Positions 38,600 to 51,058 of a stretch of DNA of 64,000 bases are shown here, piece after piece (within the stretch, counting starts at the first letter, position 1; each line of letters starts with the position of its first letter). This DNA is from the human T2T-CHM13v2.0 reference genome, Homo sapiens: the NCBI RefSeq assembly GCF_009914755.1, contig NC_060937.1, one strand, 5' to 3'. The notes beneath the pieces are model-generated. The model searched no databases and was not told the DNA's origin. It saw only the letters and a program-made list of their open reading frames with translations. The translations under genes were made by a program, and so were the position numbers.

Positions 38600-41500
38600 G
38601 ATTAAATTATTGACTTTATTTACATTATTGTCCATTTTATTACATAGACATGTAGTCAGTCTGAAACAAGAAATAGAAACATATTTAAACCAGACTAACA
38701 TAGGTGAAAGGAATCGAACAAAAGACAAAAGATTATATTGGAAACGTACCTGGATGTTTCACAGAACCCAAATCGGTGGCAAAAGGAACAGTCAGTTACA
38801 CAGGATCCTGAACAAGAAATGGGAAGAAAGTCAAGAACCAAGATAGAAAAAAGAAAGAGTTGTGTAAAAGAATACTTGTTTTTCTATTAGATTTTTTTCT
38901 TAAACAATCAACATAACCTTTCATTTGTAATTATGCTTTCCATCTGTCTGAGGCAACAAGGGATAGGTTTATTTCCTATTTCTCTCTTTGAGAAAATTTG
39001 TTATACTTCACTATGCAGATAGAATAAAACTGTCCCAGAGAATGGCCCTGACTGATTCAGTCTATGCTATAGATATTCACAAAGTCACTGAGTATAATGG
39101 AACAGAGAATTGTTTGAAACAACGCAGAAGTTTCATTTATACTGGGGCAAATGTACTTACTCTTTTATTCACGTTTTAGTATATTATATTGAACTATAGA
39201 GATAGTTTATTCCATTCTTCTCTAAGTGCTATAAATCTCTACCTGAGGTGAGGAAACTAGCTCATTACATATTACTGAATTATTGGGTCTTACATACTCA
39301 CAAAATATAGTTTTTCATACTCTTAGTTCAATTTAAAAAAATCACTGTTAGCCTCTCAAAATAATCTTCAAATACTTACTTTGATTTATCTTTGGATTAA
39401 GGAAAGTGATTGCTATGTACCACATCTCACCCACACACCAAAATAATGAAATCAATGCCTAATATCTTTTTTTTTGCTTCAATTTACCAGCCCTACTTTT
39501 TTGGGGGTGGGGGCAGTCAAAGCAGGAGTAGAGGAGATAAATTAATAAATAAAGTGCAAGTAAAAAGTAAGCTATGATTGGGCTGCCCTTGGGAAAAGAG
39601 GATCTAGGATCCAGTTGGTGCAGCTTATGGCTTGTCCCTGTGTGTATAGTTGTTAAATTATTCTTTTATTTTTATTTTTAAGAAGTTATTCTTTAGATAA
39701 TAATAGGCATGTAGCTTAAAAGGAAACCTCAAAAGACACAAAGGATTTGTCTCATTTTAAATTAAAAAAATACTGTATCAGCATCAAGTAATTAAACATT
39801 TGTTGGAATATCAAAAAAAAAAAATAAGCTATGAATTTCATTTTCCATGCTTATTTGTTCTATTTTTATATAGAATTTGAATCAAACTCTCAAAGACTCT
39901 CATTTTGTTATATGCAAAATGAAGACACATACGTCAATTCTGTGTCCTTGAAGTTTGAAAGCTGTAATCTGTCAAATAACTGTAAGATATTTATATTACT
40001 TATCTCATTAATGATCAAACATTACTGCTGACTGTAAGTTATTTATATATTACTTTATTTTCATAAATAAGTATAGGAGAATTAAGCCTTTATAACTTTT
40101 TTTATGGAAAATGATAACATATCCAAAACTGCTGTGGTTTTACCTAACCATATCTACAAGTAAAGATATGTTTAATGTATATTATGTTTAATATTATAAT
40201 ATTTTAGTTACAAAAGGTTTTTTTTAGTAAAAATGTGACAAATCAGATTAATTTGATGATTTTTAAGTACTAACTAGAAGGTAGCTATATCTTTCTTTAA
40301 CATGTTCATTGTACCTATTTGCTTTTAATCAGTGATACTATCCAAGTAACTATTAAAGCCTTTGTACTGGTCCTCTTCCAAATAGATAGTCCTAGTAATA
40401 ATATTGCCAAGAAGGGGAATTCAAATTCCATTATCTCCCATTATCTTACAAGGCATTTTACTTCTGCTAGTTTTAATTAAGTTAAAATCTGTTTCACTTG
40501 CTTTACTGATTAAAACTAATTGAGTTTGTTGCTTAATCCTATCAAGAGAATCTTCTATTGCTTAAACCAGGTTTACTTCCAAATGGGATTGTTCTAGAGA
40601 GGAAGTGTCTACAATATTAGGACTAGATTTTATTTCATTAATTTTATTAATATATTTTCTGGACATATTCCAATTGGGAAAATTTCTTACATTCAAATCC
40701 TAGAGAATATTTTCTGTACATTTAGGCAATAAGAATTGTTCAATAGTAATAAGACTTAATCTTTGCAATTTGATGAAAAGGTTGGCATAATGAAAAAAAT
40801 CCATTTTGGGTTGTTTCAATTCAGAGAGTAAAGATTGGTCTGCTGTATCCTTTATTAACATATTTTTTAAAAATGTATTACTGTGATTTAAAATCGATTA
40901 TTAGTAAATGTTTAAAATATTAAATTATAAAATATTACATAAGATATTAACTATTTTATATAATATGTTATAAACATGTCTATAATGCTGCATGAACCAG
41001 GGAGGAAATAAAATAGGGAACTGTTATTTTTTTCTTATTCTGAGTTATAAAAAATAAGGCCTTAAAACCAACAAAGGCTGTTCCAAATTTACAATTGATG
41101 CTGTTTTACAAATTTTCCAGCTCATGTAGCTCAGCTATTGTACTGGAGCCAAATCTCACAGGAGCTCTTTTAATCTTCTGCAACCACTGAGAAGATGGCA
41201 AGAATATAATCCTCAAAGCAGAGTAGAGTCAGTATAAAGCACAAGTCCCAAAACTCACTGGTCCATGTCTCACAGTCGGCTAAAATGAGCACTCACTCTT
41301 GGGCTTCTTTTGCTGTTAGCTCTCTCCAAGAGCCATTATACTTTCAGCAGAAAATACAATTTGTAAGTAGTCAATAGGGAATAATAAGATCTAATTCAGA
41401 TTCTTGAGAGCTAATACTAATATAATTTTCCTTTTATGATTACGGTAGTATAATTTTTTTAAAAAAAGATACAGTGATATCTCGGCAGTTTGGGATTGGA

Positions 41501-42177
41501 CATTCAGTTTTAATGCCCCCACATGTTTATGGCTTATAGTCATTTGGAATATTACTGAGAGGTGAACGTGAGTTTTGTGTAACCAGCTATTTATGTAGCT
41601 CATATAATGCAATGAAGTGTATTTATTTTTACATTCACATTGATCTTTTTAGAGTGAGCACAATTGAGTTTTTTTTAGTTAAGACATATTCTCCCAAAGA
41701 AAGTCCATTATTAATGTTGATCATGAAAATGATGAGCACATGATAGAAAAATTAAAGAATGGAATCTCTAATTTGGTAGAGGTATGGCATATTATGATTA
41801 TACTTACTCTGTGCTCTAAAAGAAAAGAAGAAAAACTGACTCATAAGAAAGTTTTAGAGACTGTTGCATGGCAATAACTTCAAGTGTGGCTATATAGAAG
41901 ATATTCTATTTTTATCTCCTGAGAATATAAAGGACTTACTCTAATGCTTAGACAATGAGAAAAGCAGTAGATTAAATGTGGTGGTGAGTGAGTACACTAA
42001 TGTAGCATCTCATCTTCAGTGATGTTTGTTATAAATGGGATTTTTTTAGTATGCAATAATCTGAACCGTGGGAAACACCAATAATATTTCAAGACTGATC
42101 ATAACCAAAATATCCTCAAAAAAGATAATTATACATTTTTAAAGTGACATCTAAGGAGGTTGGATAAAACAACAATA

Positions 42178-42337
42178 GTATTTTTTTTTTTTTCAGTAGA
42201 GATGGGAAGCTGAGCCAGAAGGATTTCTTGAACCTGGGAGGCAGAGATTGTCGTGAGCTGACATCATGCCATTGTACTCCAGCCTGGGCGACAGAGTGAG
42301 ACTCCATCTCACAAAAAAAAAAATTAAAAAAAAAAAA
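42178..42337 (+). mobile_element. Truncated Alu: inverted linker segment joined to a sense right arm
   Basis: 42178-42206 is the reverse complement of the Alu mid-A linker; 42204-42337 is right arm plus poly-A. Confidence 0.85.
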
Positions 42338-45300
42338 AAAGTGACGGTGACTTGCTAGTTATTACTGTTATGTTTTTTAAAGTGAGAACTTTAGGGTACC
42401 AAAAGAACATACTTTTGGTGGGAGGTGGTATTTGCTTTCCATCCCACGAGGCTAAGAAATGTAGTGACAAAACATAAGAACTTGTTCGTATAAAGCACTT
42501 TCATCAAGCGGCAAAAGAATGAGCTTGAAAATTGCCCATGAACAAAGACCTTTCTCACATGATTATTTTGAAATATATGTTTACAAATAATGATGTTTGA
42601 TAAAAATCAAATGATCATACATGTAATACGTCCTTTAAAGACGTAATTACACAAATTAACAATTATTAGCAATCATGGCTTTGTTTTAAAATAAATATTT
42701 ATCTCTCAGCTTTTTGAAAATTTTTAAAAATATATTTTTAGATTTTGAAGAAAATACTAAAAATGTAGAAAATTTAAATGAGCTTATTAAAATATAAATT
42801 TTGGCTAGTTAACAATGTAAATCAATCATTTACAAACACTTGTTCAAGTATCACTTTCTATGTTAAACTTATTCTCTAATTTGTCAGTTTGCATTCTAAA
42901 CTACAGTTTGATTTGAAATATTTAATTCATGCTTAAATAAAACAGACATTATAGATATAAGTACATCTCTTAAATCAGTGTCAGAAATATAATTCTTAAT
43001 AGTTACGTATCTAAATTAATCCTTATTTTTCTGTAGAACCTAATTTGTAATGAAAGTCTTTCTTCAGACTGGTATGCTCTAATGTTTCTGTTACATTTCT
43101 CAGAGCCATCACAGCTAGATAATTCCCTATGTATCAGTGAATGACAATAATCCTGTGTTGAATTTCAATATCTTCAGTTCTAAGTAAATCAGTGGAGAGT
43201 AAAGATCTATCCTAGATGTACTTTCCTTCAAGCAATGCCTTACACTACAGTCATTCAAAACCTCAGAGACAAATGGCTCAGCAGTATCTGGCGCAAACTG
43301 GCAGTATGCCTGCAGCAGCAGTAACTTTTGATTTTTGCTGGTGCTTGTTTTTTATTTTTAATATTACACATGACTGTCAGAATTCAGACTGTCATGTAAA
43401 TGGTAATAACCAAACGTGATGAGATCCATGAGTCTTCATTTCCCCTACCCCTCATTAAGCATACAACTTATCTTTAAGATTCATGATGGACAAATCATCC
43501 CTTCATAATTTTTACGCATTTTAAGGGGATGGTGAAACTAAAGGGGGAAACACCTTTAAAAGATTTGAACCTGTGGCTTTTTCCTGTGTTTCCCAACAGA
43601 ATTGAGTTTTAATACTCCTGCAGATTTTGCTGTGCATCCAAAAATAAATCCAAATACTGACAGCACTCTTAATGGATCCTTGATCTCAGTAATGAAAGGA
43701 TGAGTAAATGTCAGCATTCCCAAACATCTATTGTTTTTTAATGCTAGAGGTCAAACAATAATTTACACTAGCATTGAGAGAAATATTTCCTGGGATGATA
43801 AGCAGGGAGTCATGTCTATAGTCATGTCTATGGATATATTTGAATGTATATAGTTACATGAGAAATTAAATACAGCAACACATTACTCACATGAATTTAG
43901 CTTAAAAAATAATTCTAGACAGTGAAAATAATTGTTTTAATATCCCTTTACTACAACATAAACAATCTTCTTGTACCACTATTCCTTCATCATTCACTTG
44001 AAAGTTTTTCTTTTTAATTTGAAGAGGATTCTAATAAGTTTAATAATTTGATTTCCAATCACAGAAGCATGATAGGAATATTTTTTTAAAAAGTAAGAAA
44101 TGCTAGTACAAAATAAACCATACCATGAATGTGATCATTGACAACAAAAATAGGAGAGCACAAAAACACAAAAAAGCAACAATCAGATAATCTTGCACAT
44201 GATTAAATGGTCCTGAATCACTCAGTAGATCTCATGCGCATAATTGCAAGAATTTCCAGAGACTTGCATAATTATTTCTCATTGTGAGAATGCTCAAGAA
44301 AAATTTAAGCATTTTTTTTTCTGAACAAAATTAGAGAAATATACAGCTGTGTCTCTGGGCTTACGTATGTGTGCAGTTCATATAATGAAAATAGGTTTTC
44401 TTGTTAATGTCTCCTGAATTTGACATAAGTATTAAAGTACATATCTTACTAATGAATATTAAATAGAAAAGCATTCAAAGCAAAAAAGGGAAGCAGGGCA
44501 AAATTTTCTTAAAACTTATCTGCAGAAAACAAACTGTGAATTTGGAAAAGAACTTTCCATTTTATTTGTGATGGTCTACAAGGAGTTTCTACATTTTGTA
44601 ATTATCCCAGCGAAATGTTAGAATCATCCATAAAAACTCATTGTTTAATAATACCTCAGTGACTGAGGGAAAATACACTAAATGACTACTTTTGAGCACT
44701 TTCAAGAGAGACTGACTAATGGTTGAATATCTTTATAATGTAATCTTCTGAGGAAAAGACATCCCGAGCTGCGGGTATTTTCAGTAGGCCTATGTTGTTT
44801 TGATATTAAAGCAGAAGAGAGGTAGTATGAACATTGATAGAGTTATCAACTGAAGAGCAAGACCCTGGAGAGAAGTGATTTCTTAGAAAATTTCAAGACA
44901 ATTTCAGTGTTGTCATAGAAATCTCTGTAGCAGAAATCCACGTCAAGATTGCCTCATACAACTATTAAACAGGATGCCTAAGGAAGGCTTCAGGCATTGT
45001 TCAACCATAGGGAACAAATGATATGATCCGGACTTTCTTACCATTGCTTTTTTGTCATCTTTTGGTTCTGCCTTTTTCTGCATATTAGTTTCATGTTTTT
45101 GTGTTGTAAGCATCTTCATCTACACTGTAATGGAGATAGTTACTTGAAGATTCTCTAGGGGAAGTCAATACATGTTTATAATAATAGGTCCTCAAATGCA
45201 ATTGATGTCTTATTAATTGGATCCAGCAGAACCGATTGGAAGGAATTTTCATTAGCCTGGCAATAGTTACGTGTCTTTATCTGAACAAATCACTGTGATC

Positions 45301-45739
45301 CAATACATATGAAACCATTATTAGATAGTATGAGTTAAGTGCTCACTCACTGAATGTGTTTAAAAACAGAGTAGTCTGAATGATGCTCCACCAGATCTAC
45401 AAATAGAAAAGGTAGAATTCTCTAAAAGAAGAAATCTTGGGCAAATGCTAACTTCGTGGAGTTCATAGTCACTTGAGGCAATGGTTCCCAGGGGAAAATA
45501 GTAAATAAGTAAGTGCTTCAAATGCAAGAGACAATATTTGAGAATCACAAACCCATATCCTACAGAAGATATTGATAGACCAAGTAGGTCTGATAATGTA
45601 TGAAAAAAATTAAAATTAAATAAGAAGTAATCTATTGCAACCATTGAATCTCTAATCAACAAATTTTACAACAAGGACAGTTACTATTATAATTCACTGA
45701 TTTTTTTTTAGCATTTCTGCTGTGTCCAGTGTATTATAG

Positions 45740-45915
45740 ACTTCATCTCATCCAATTTTAAACAGAAACGCAATGAGATCAATTTTATTACCCCCATGTA
45801 ATGAATGGGAAAGACTGAAACTTAGTTTTATTAACTTGCCAAAGTTTGTAGCTACTAGAAGCAAGACTGAAGATTCGCAGTCTAATTTGATTCCAAATGC
45901 CATGTTCTTAACTAA
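45740..45915 (-). mobile_element. MIR
   Basis: ttattacccccat..gactgaaacttag..taacttgccaaag..tgattccaaatgccatgttcttaac. Confidence 0.65.
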
Positions 45916-47534
45916 ATAGCACATTACATTTTTAGTTCCTCAAAACAAGAACTGTGCTTCCTAAAATCTGTATGCTCAGTGCTTATAATTTCATCTGGCA
46001 TACTGTATGTGAATATGTGTTTATTCAATGACTACATAAATGTGGATCTCCCAGTTTGGAAGCCTGAAACTTTCTCCTTGACCTATCTCTCCAGTATGAG
46101 GCCTCCTGAGAAGAAAAGTAGTATTCTGGCCTTCTCTATCTATAAACCAAGAGAAGGAAAGCAGAGTATATATTGTTTTGTAGAATATTACTAGATTCAT
46201 TTAATCTTTTATTCAAAAATACAAACTGCTCCTAAGAGCTAAGTACTGCTTTGGCTCTTAGGACCAAAGTTCTTTGAGCAAGGAATATAGTAAGTGCATT
46301 GGCCAAAACTAGGGTAAAGGCAATAAGGCACACAGGTGTTAAGAGGAGGGAAGGCAAGCAGTAGCATCACATAGGATCTACCACAATGAACATTTAGCCT
46401 TGATCAATAATTGCCTTGAAATCGTCAATGCTTATTAAAAAATAGTTTTCTTAACCTTGCTTTTTCAAAGCTAATTTAATGGTTTCATTTTACTCTGCAG
46501 TTAAATGTTTAACTCATTTTATTTTATCAACACAAGCATCAGAACAAGTCTTTTGAAAATCTGAACTGGAAAATAATCACCATGAATTTAGATAGTAGTA
46601 CACATAGAAAAATAAAAATCCCATTTAACATTTACATAGAGGTGAGTAAGGTTTGAACTGTTTAAATAAACTCAGTTTAAATGTTAGCACACTGGATGGA
46701 AAAAGCAGAAATGTGAGTTTTACTTATTTTTTCATTGCTGGAATTCTACTGAGAGAAGGAAAAAAGCATTATTTTGTTTCCATCTGTAAAGAAAAAAATG
46801 GTTTTTTTTTCAAACTGCCATACTATCTAATGAATTAAGAAATGAATTAATAATTTAATTTATTTGGGGACTATAAAAATATTACACCATTTATTTATTA
46901 AAGAAAATGAATTTGGCCTAGGAAAACATAAATTGACATAACAAAAATAAAATCTGAATTACATGAATGTTCTTTTGTAACTTTCTTGAAGTATGATACC
47001 TGAGAGAACCTCTTGATGATATAAACTAAAAACTATTGACAATAAATTACCACGTAGTGATTTTATAAGCACAATCAAAACAATTAGAATCTTCAAGATA
47101 TATTTACCTTAAATATCAGAATCTTGTCTGGCAAACTTACTTACTTTATTTACTGAAACCACAAAAGTCCTGTTTAGCTAACTAAAGAAACTTCAGCCAG
47201 ATGCTGTTTAAATTATCACTTACTTCTCAGTTAGTGAAATCTAAATAAATGCTTCTCAGTGATTTATTGTCATGGTTACCATTTTAAACTTAACTGTCAA
47301 GTGTATTTTTAATTAAAAAATGACTTTATATTGAAATATGTGCTCAACATATTCTACTATCATGTAAGAAAATTCATGGTAGGATTACAGTTCATATAAT
47401 ATACTATATTTTCATAAACCTAACATTGCACTGATTATTATGAGCTCTTAATGAAATATGTAAAGAATATCCGAATGAGTAAATTTTATATTGTAAGGTC
47501 CCTATATTTCTCAAAAATAAGTCTGAGCAAAAAT

Positions 47535-47712
47535 AGCGTTAGAATTTGGAAATCTGAATTCAAGGGGGTTATCTCTATTGCTTATTAATGACATTTTGCA
47601 CCTCATTGAGCTTCATCTTCTTGACCTAGAAAAGAATAAAATAATACCTAATTCACAAAGGTTTACTAAGAAGTAAATTGACAATATAAATGAAAGTGCT
47701 TTGTAAATTTCT
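47535..47712 (+). mobile_element. MIR
   Basis: cctcattgagcttcatcttcttgaccta..ataatacctaattcaca..atgaaagtgctttgtaaa. Confidence 0.6.
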
Positions 47713-47877
47713 AAGTATATTATGACTGTATAGGATTATTATTTTCCCAACCCAGAAGCAGAACATTTATTTTTCTCTTCAAAACTAGTTCCTGGCATAT
47801 AGGTGGCATTTGGTTGAATGTTAAATGAAAGTCTCCTGACAGAATAAATTTTAAATAAAGCTCTCCAATACATGTTA

Positions 47878-47879
<2 letters not shown>

Positions 47880-47919
<40 letters not shown>
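47880..47919. repeat. (CA)n microsatellite
   Basis: Visible, ~19 units. Confidence 0.95.
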
Positions 47920-47920
<1 letters not shown>

Positions 47921-48549
47921 TGTTTTTGACCTCTCATGCATGTCAGTTTTCTAAACATACAAGTGTACCATCTATATGGCAAACCAACAGTTAACCTTAA
48001 AGATTATAAGAAAAAAATATTGAAGAACATAAAATGTTACTGCAGAGCAGTTGATCCATTCTGTCAAAATGCCAGATGTCTCTTACTCTTTGCTTCTGGA
48101 TATTATTAAAACTGGCTTCAAGGCTTCTCTGTCTATCTTTCTCTCATTTTCTTTCTCTCTCCTTGTCCCAATCAGCATGCTGTCTGCATTGCTCAATTAC
48201 TGGACAAATGTAACTTCCTGTCCTCCTCTGTTCAACCACTTTTATAGCAGCCCTAACAGATGCTGTCATTAAGACCCTCAATGGGAAATCATGAAACTAA
48301 GTATATCCTTCGCCCTTCTTGCTTTTCAATTTTCCTTAAAAAGATAAGCCATCTGCTTTAACCCTCTTAAAATTGCAAGTTTCTTTGTAATATCTTAATT
48401 TTTATTAATAATAAATAAATATTTAACCCCCCAGCTCAGAACTTTAATTTTATGAAGTTATTTTGTGGCACTAAAATATAGTCTCAGCATCACAGGCTGG
48501 TGTTATTTTCTAGAAATAATTTTGTATTTTAGTTATACACACACATAAG

Positions 48550-48553
<4 letters not shown>

Positions 48554-48582
<29 letters not shown>
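48554..48582. repeat. (TG)n microsatellite
   Basis: Visible, ~14 units. Confidence 0.95.
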
Positions 48583-48585
<3 letters not shown>

Positions 48586-49199
48586 CAGCAAGGATTCTGC
48601 TTGTCAGATTTTACCATATTCAATATTGGCAAAAAATACACTTCCAACAAATTATATTGTGGAATAGTTCTGAAAACACAAAATAACTATTCGTGGAAAA
48701 TTCAGGCATAGTATCACATGGGCCATTGGACATATTAGTACATTTTATATGTACATATGAAATCATCATTACTAATCTATTAAAACTAACATATCAAGCT
48801 GAACTAAAATATAGGGACATAAAGCTTACATGTACATCGATGTATATAGGTTGTTAAAATAAAGGCACACCTCAGGATTAATTTAGATTTTATGATATGA
48901 ATTAACACTGGCATTTTGGATTCTATAAGCTATTGCTATACAAAAATAAATTTAAAAGAAAATATATCACATTAATTCTGTGGGTCATGAAAACAGCAAT
49001 AGTACTTTTTCTAAAAAATGAACCAATAATTTTGAGAGATGGATATAGAAAGAAAAGGGATTACCAATTGTTCCTGTGTTTTTTATTACTGTATCCAACC
49101 ATTCAATAGCTCCAACAAAGTAAGAAACTTGGACATATATTTCACAGCAATCATAATGAACAATTTTACTTGTATTATCCACTGCTACTATGGTAAAAT

Positions 49200-49620
49200 C
49201 TCAGTTCCCCTTCTACCTCTGCTTTCACTTGCTTCTCTTTTCGTCAACTATTCTTTCTTTTCTGTAACTCTAAATTCAAGAGTGCCCCAGGAATTTTTTA
49301 CTCCCTAGGACCTATGACACTTCCTAATACACTAATGATTCAAAAATGTATTAATATATCTCCAGACCAGATTTTGCTTCTGAATAATCTCATCTCCATT
49401 TTATTATCTCCAACTGAAATCCTTATTCCCTATCCCCAAAATCCTGCCTTTACTGCTTATATATCACTCATATATAATTGAGTAAATATAACTTTATGCA
49501 CTTTCAATTATTTTGTTTTGTTCTTCAGAGCATGTGTGTTGGTTTGCCCACCTCCCCTGTACCACAGGACCTAGAAGACAGCCTGGTGCACATTTCTCAG
49601 TGAACGAATAAGTGAATGAG
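49200..49620 (+). mobile_element. L2 fragments
   Basis: gagtgccccagga.., ggacctagaagacagcctgg..ctcagtgaacgaataagtgaatga terminus. Confidence 0.5.
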
Positions 49621-49680
49621 AATGAGAGTAAATAATACTAATGACATTGTCACAACACAAAGATTAATTGAATGCAATAG

Positions 49681-50171
49681 TGTATCAGTTTTCTATACTG
49701 ATATTACAAATTATCACACATTTAGCAGCTTCAAGACCACATTATTTAAATCTTGTAGTTCTATAGGATAGAAGTCTAGCATAGGTTTCGTTGAAATAAA
49801 ATCAGGTATTACTACGTTTTCTTGGAGGCTTTAGGGGAGCATCTGTTTCCTTGTTCTTTCATGGTTCTCGAGGGCACCCACATTCCTTGGTTTATTATGG
49901 CCCTCTTTCTTCATCTTCAAGTCCAGCAACATAGCATTTCTTTTATTACTATTCTGTAGTCACACTTTCCCTTATTCTCTTTTCCACCTCCCTTTCTGCT
50001 TCCCTTGTGATGACATTGGGCCCACCTGAATAACACAAGGTAGTATCCCTATTAGCAAGCTCAATTATATCTGCAGTCTTAATTCTCCTTTGCCATGAAA
50101 CCTAGCATACACCCAAGTTCTGGGGATTAGACTATAGACATCTTTCATAGAGACATTATTCTGCCTGCTAT
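49681..50171 (-). mobile_element. MLT1D-like MaLR LTR
   Basis: tgtatcagttttcta..ttggaggctttaggggag..cattccttgg..tcatcttcaa..acattgggcccacctg..aagttctggggattag..cattattctgcct. Confidence 0.75.
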
Positions 50172-50691
50172 AAATTCTCAAGAACATGATCATGGTATAG
50201 TATATAATATTTAAAGTATAAAAGAGTTGGATTTTAAAACCACTGAAGAAGTGTAGAGTATTGAAATAAATGATTGAGCAAGTTACCCTTCCTTAGAATA
50301 AAATAATATAAGCCAGGTCGTTACATCATGTAAAATCTCAAAAAACGCCAGAAAAGTATTGTGTGGGAAAAAAAATAATTAGAACCATACAGGAATATAT
50401 TCGTAACACTGGGGATGGAGCAGAATGTTCTAAAACTACCAATTGTTGGATGAATTATAAAGGGAAAAGTTATAGAATGTATAAGAAAGAAACTTAGACA
50501 ACCATATTCATACTCAAAATTAAAAGGCACAAATCACCATGGGAAGCAGAGTTTAACCAAATATGACAGATAAGATATTGAAACCTTCAATTTACAAAGG
50601 ATTCTTGAAATCAGTACAAAAACAAAGAAATACATACCAAAAATTATAGAAAACTAAAATTTAAAAATTAACTGAATATGTGCATTATAAT

Positions 50692-51058
50692 TGTATTAGT
50701 TTGTTTTCACACTGCTATAAAGAACTACGTGAGATTGGGTAGTTTACGAAGAAAAGAGGCTTAATTGACTCATAGTTCCACAGGTTTGACAGGAAGCATG
50801 ACTGAAATGCATCAGGAAACTTACATTCATGGCAGAAAGTGAAGGGGAAGCAAGCACCTTCTTCACATGACAGCAGGAGAGAGAGAGCAAAGGGGGAAGT
50901 GTCACACACTTTTAAACCATCAGATCTCATGAGAACTCATTCACTATCACAAGATAAGCAAGGGGGAAATCCTCTCCCAGGATCCAACCACCTCCCACAA
51001 GACGCCTCCTCCAATTTGACATGAGTTTTGTGTGGGGACACAAATCCAAACCATATCA
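50692..51058 (-). mobile_element. THE1D/MSTA solo LTR
   Basis: tgtattagt..cacactgctataaagaactac..tttaaaccatcagatctcatgagaactca..ggggacacaaatccaaaccatatca. Confidence 0.9.
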
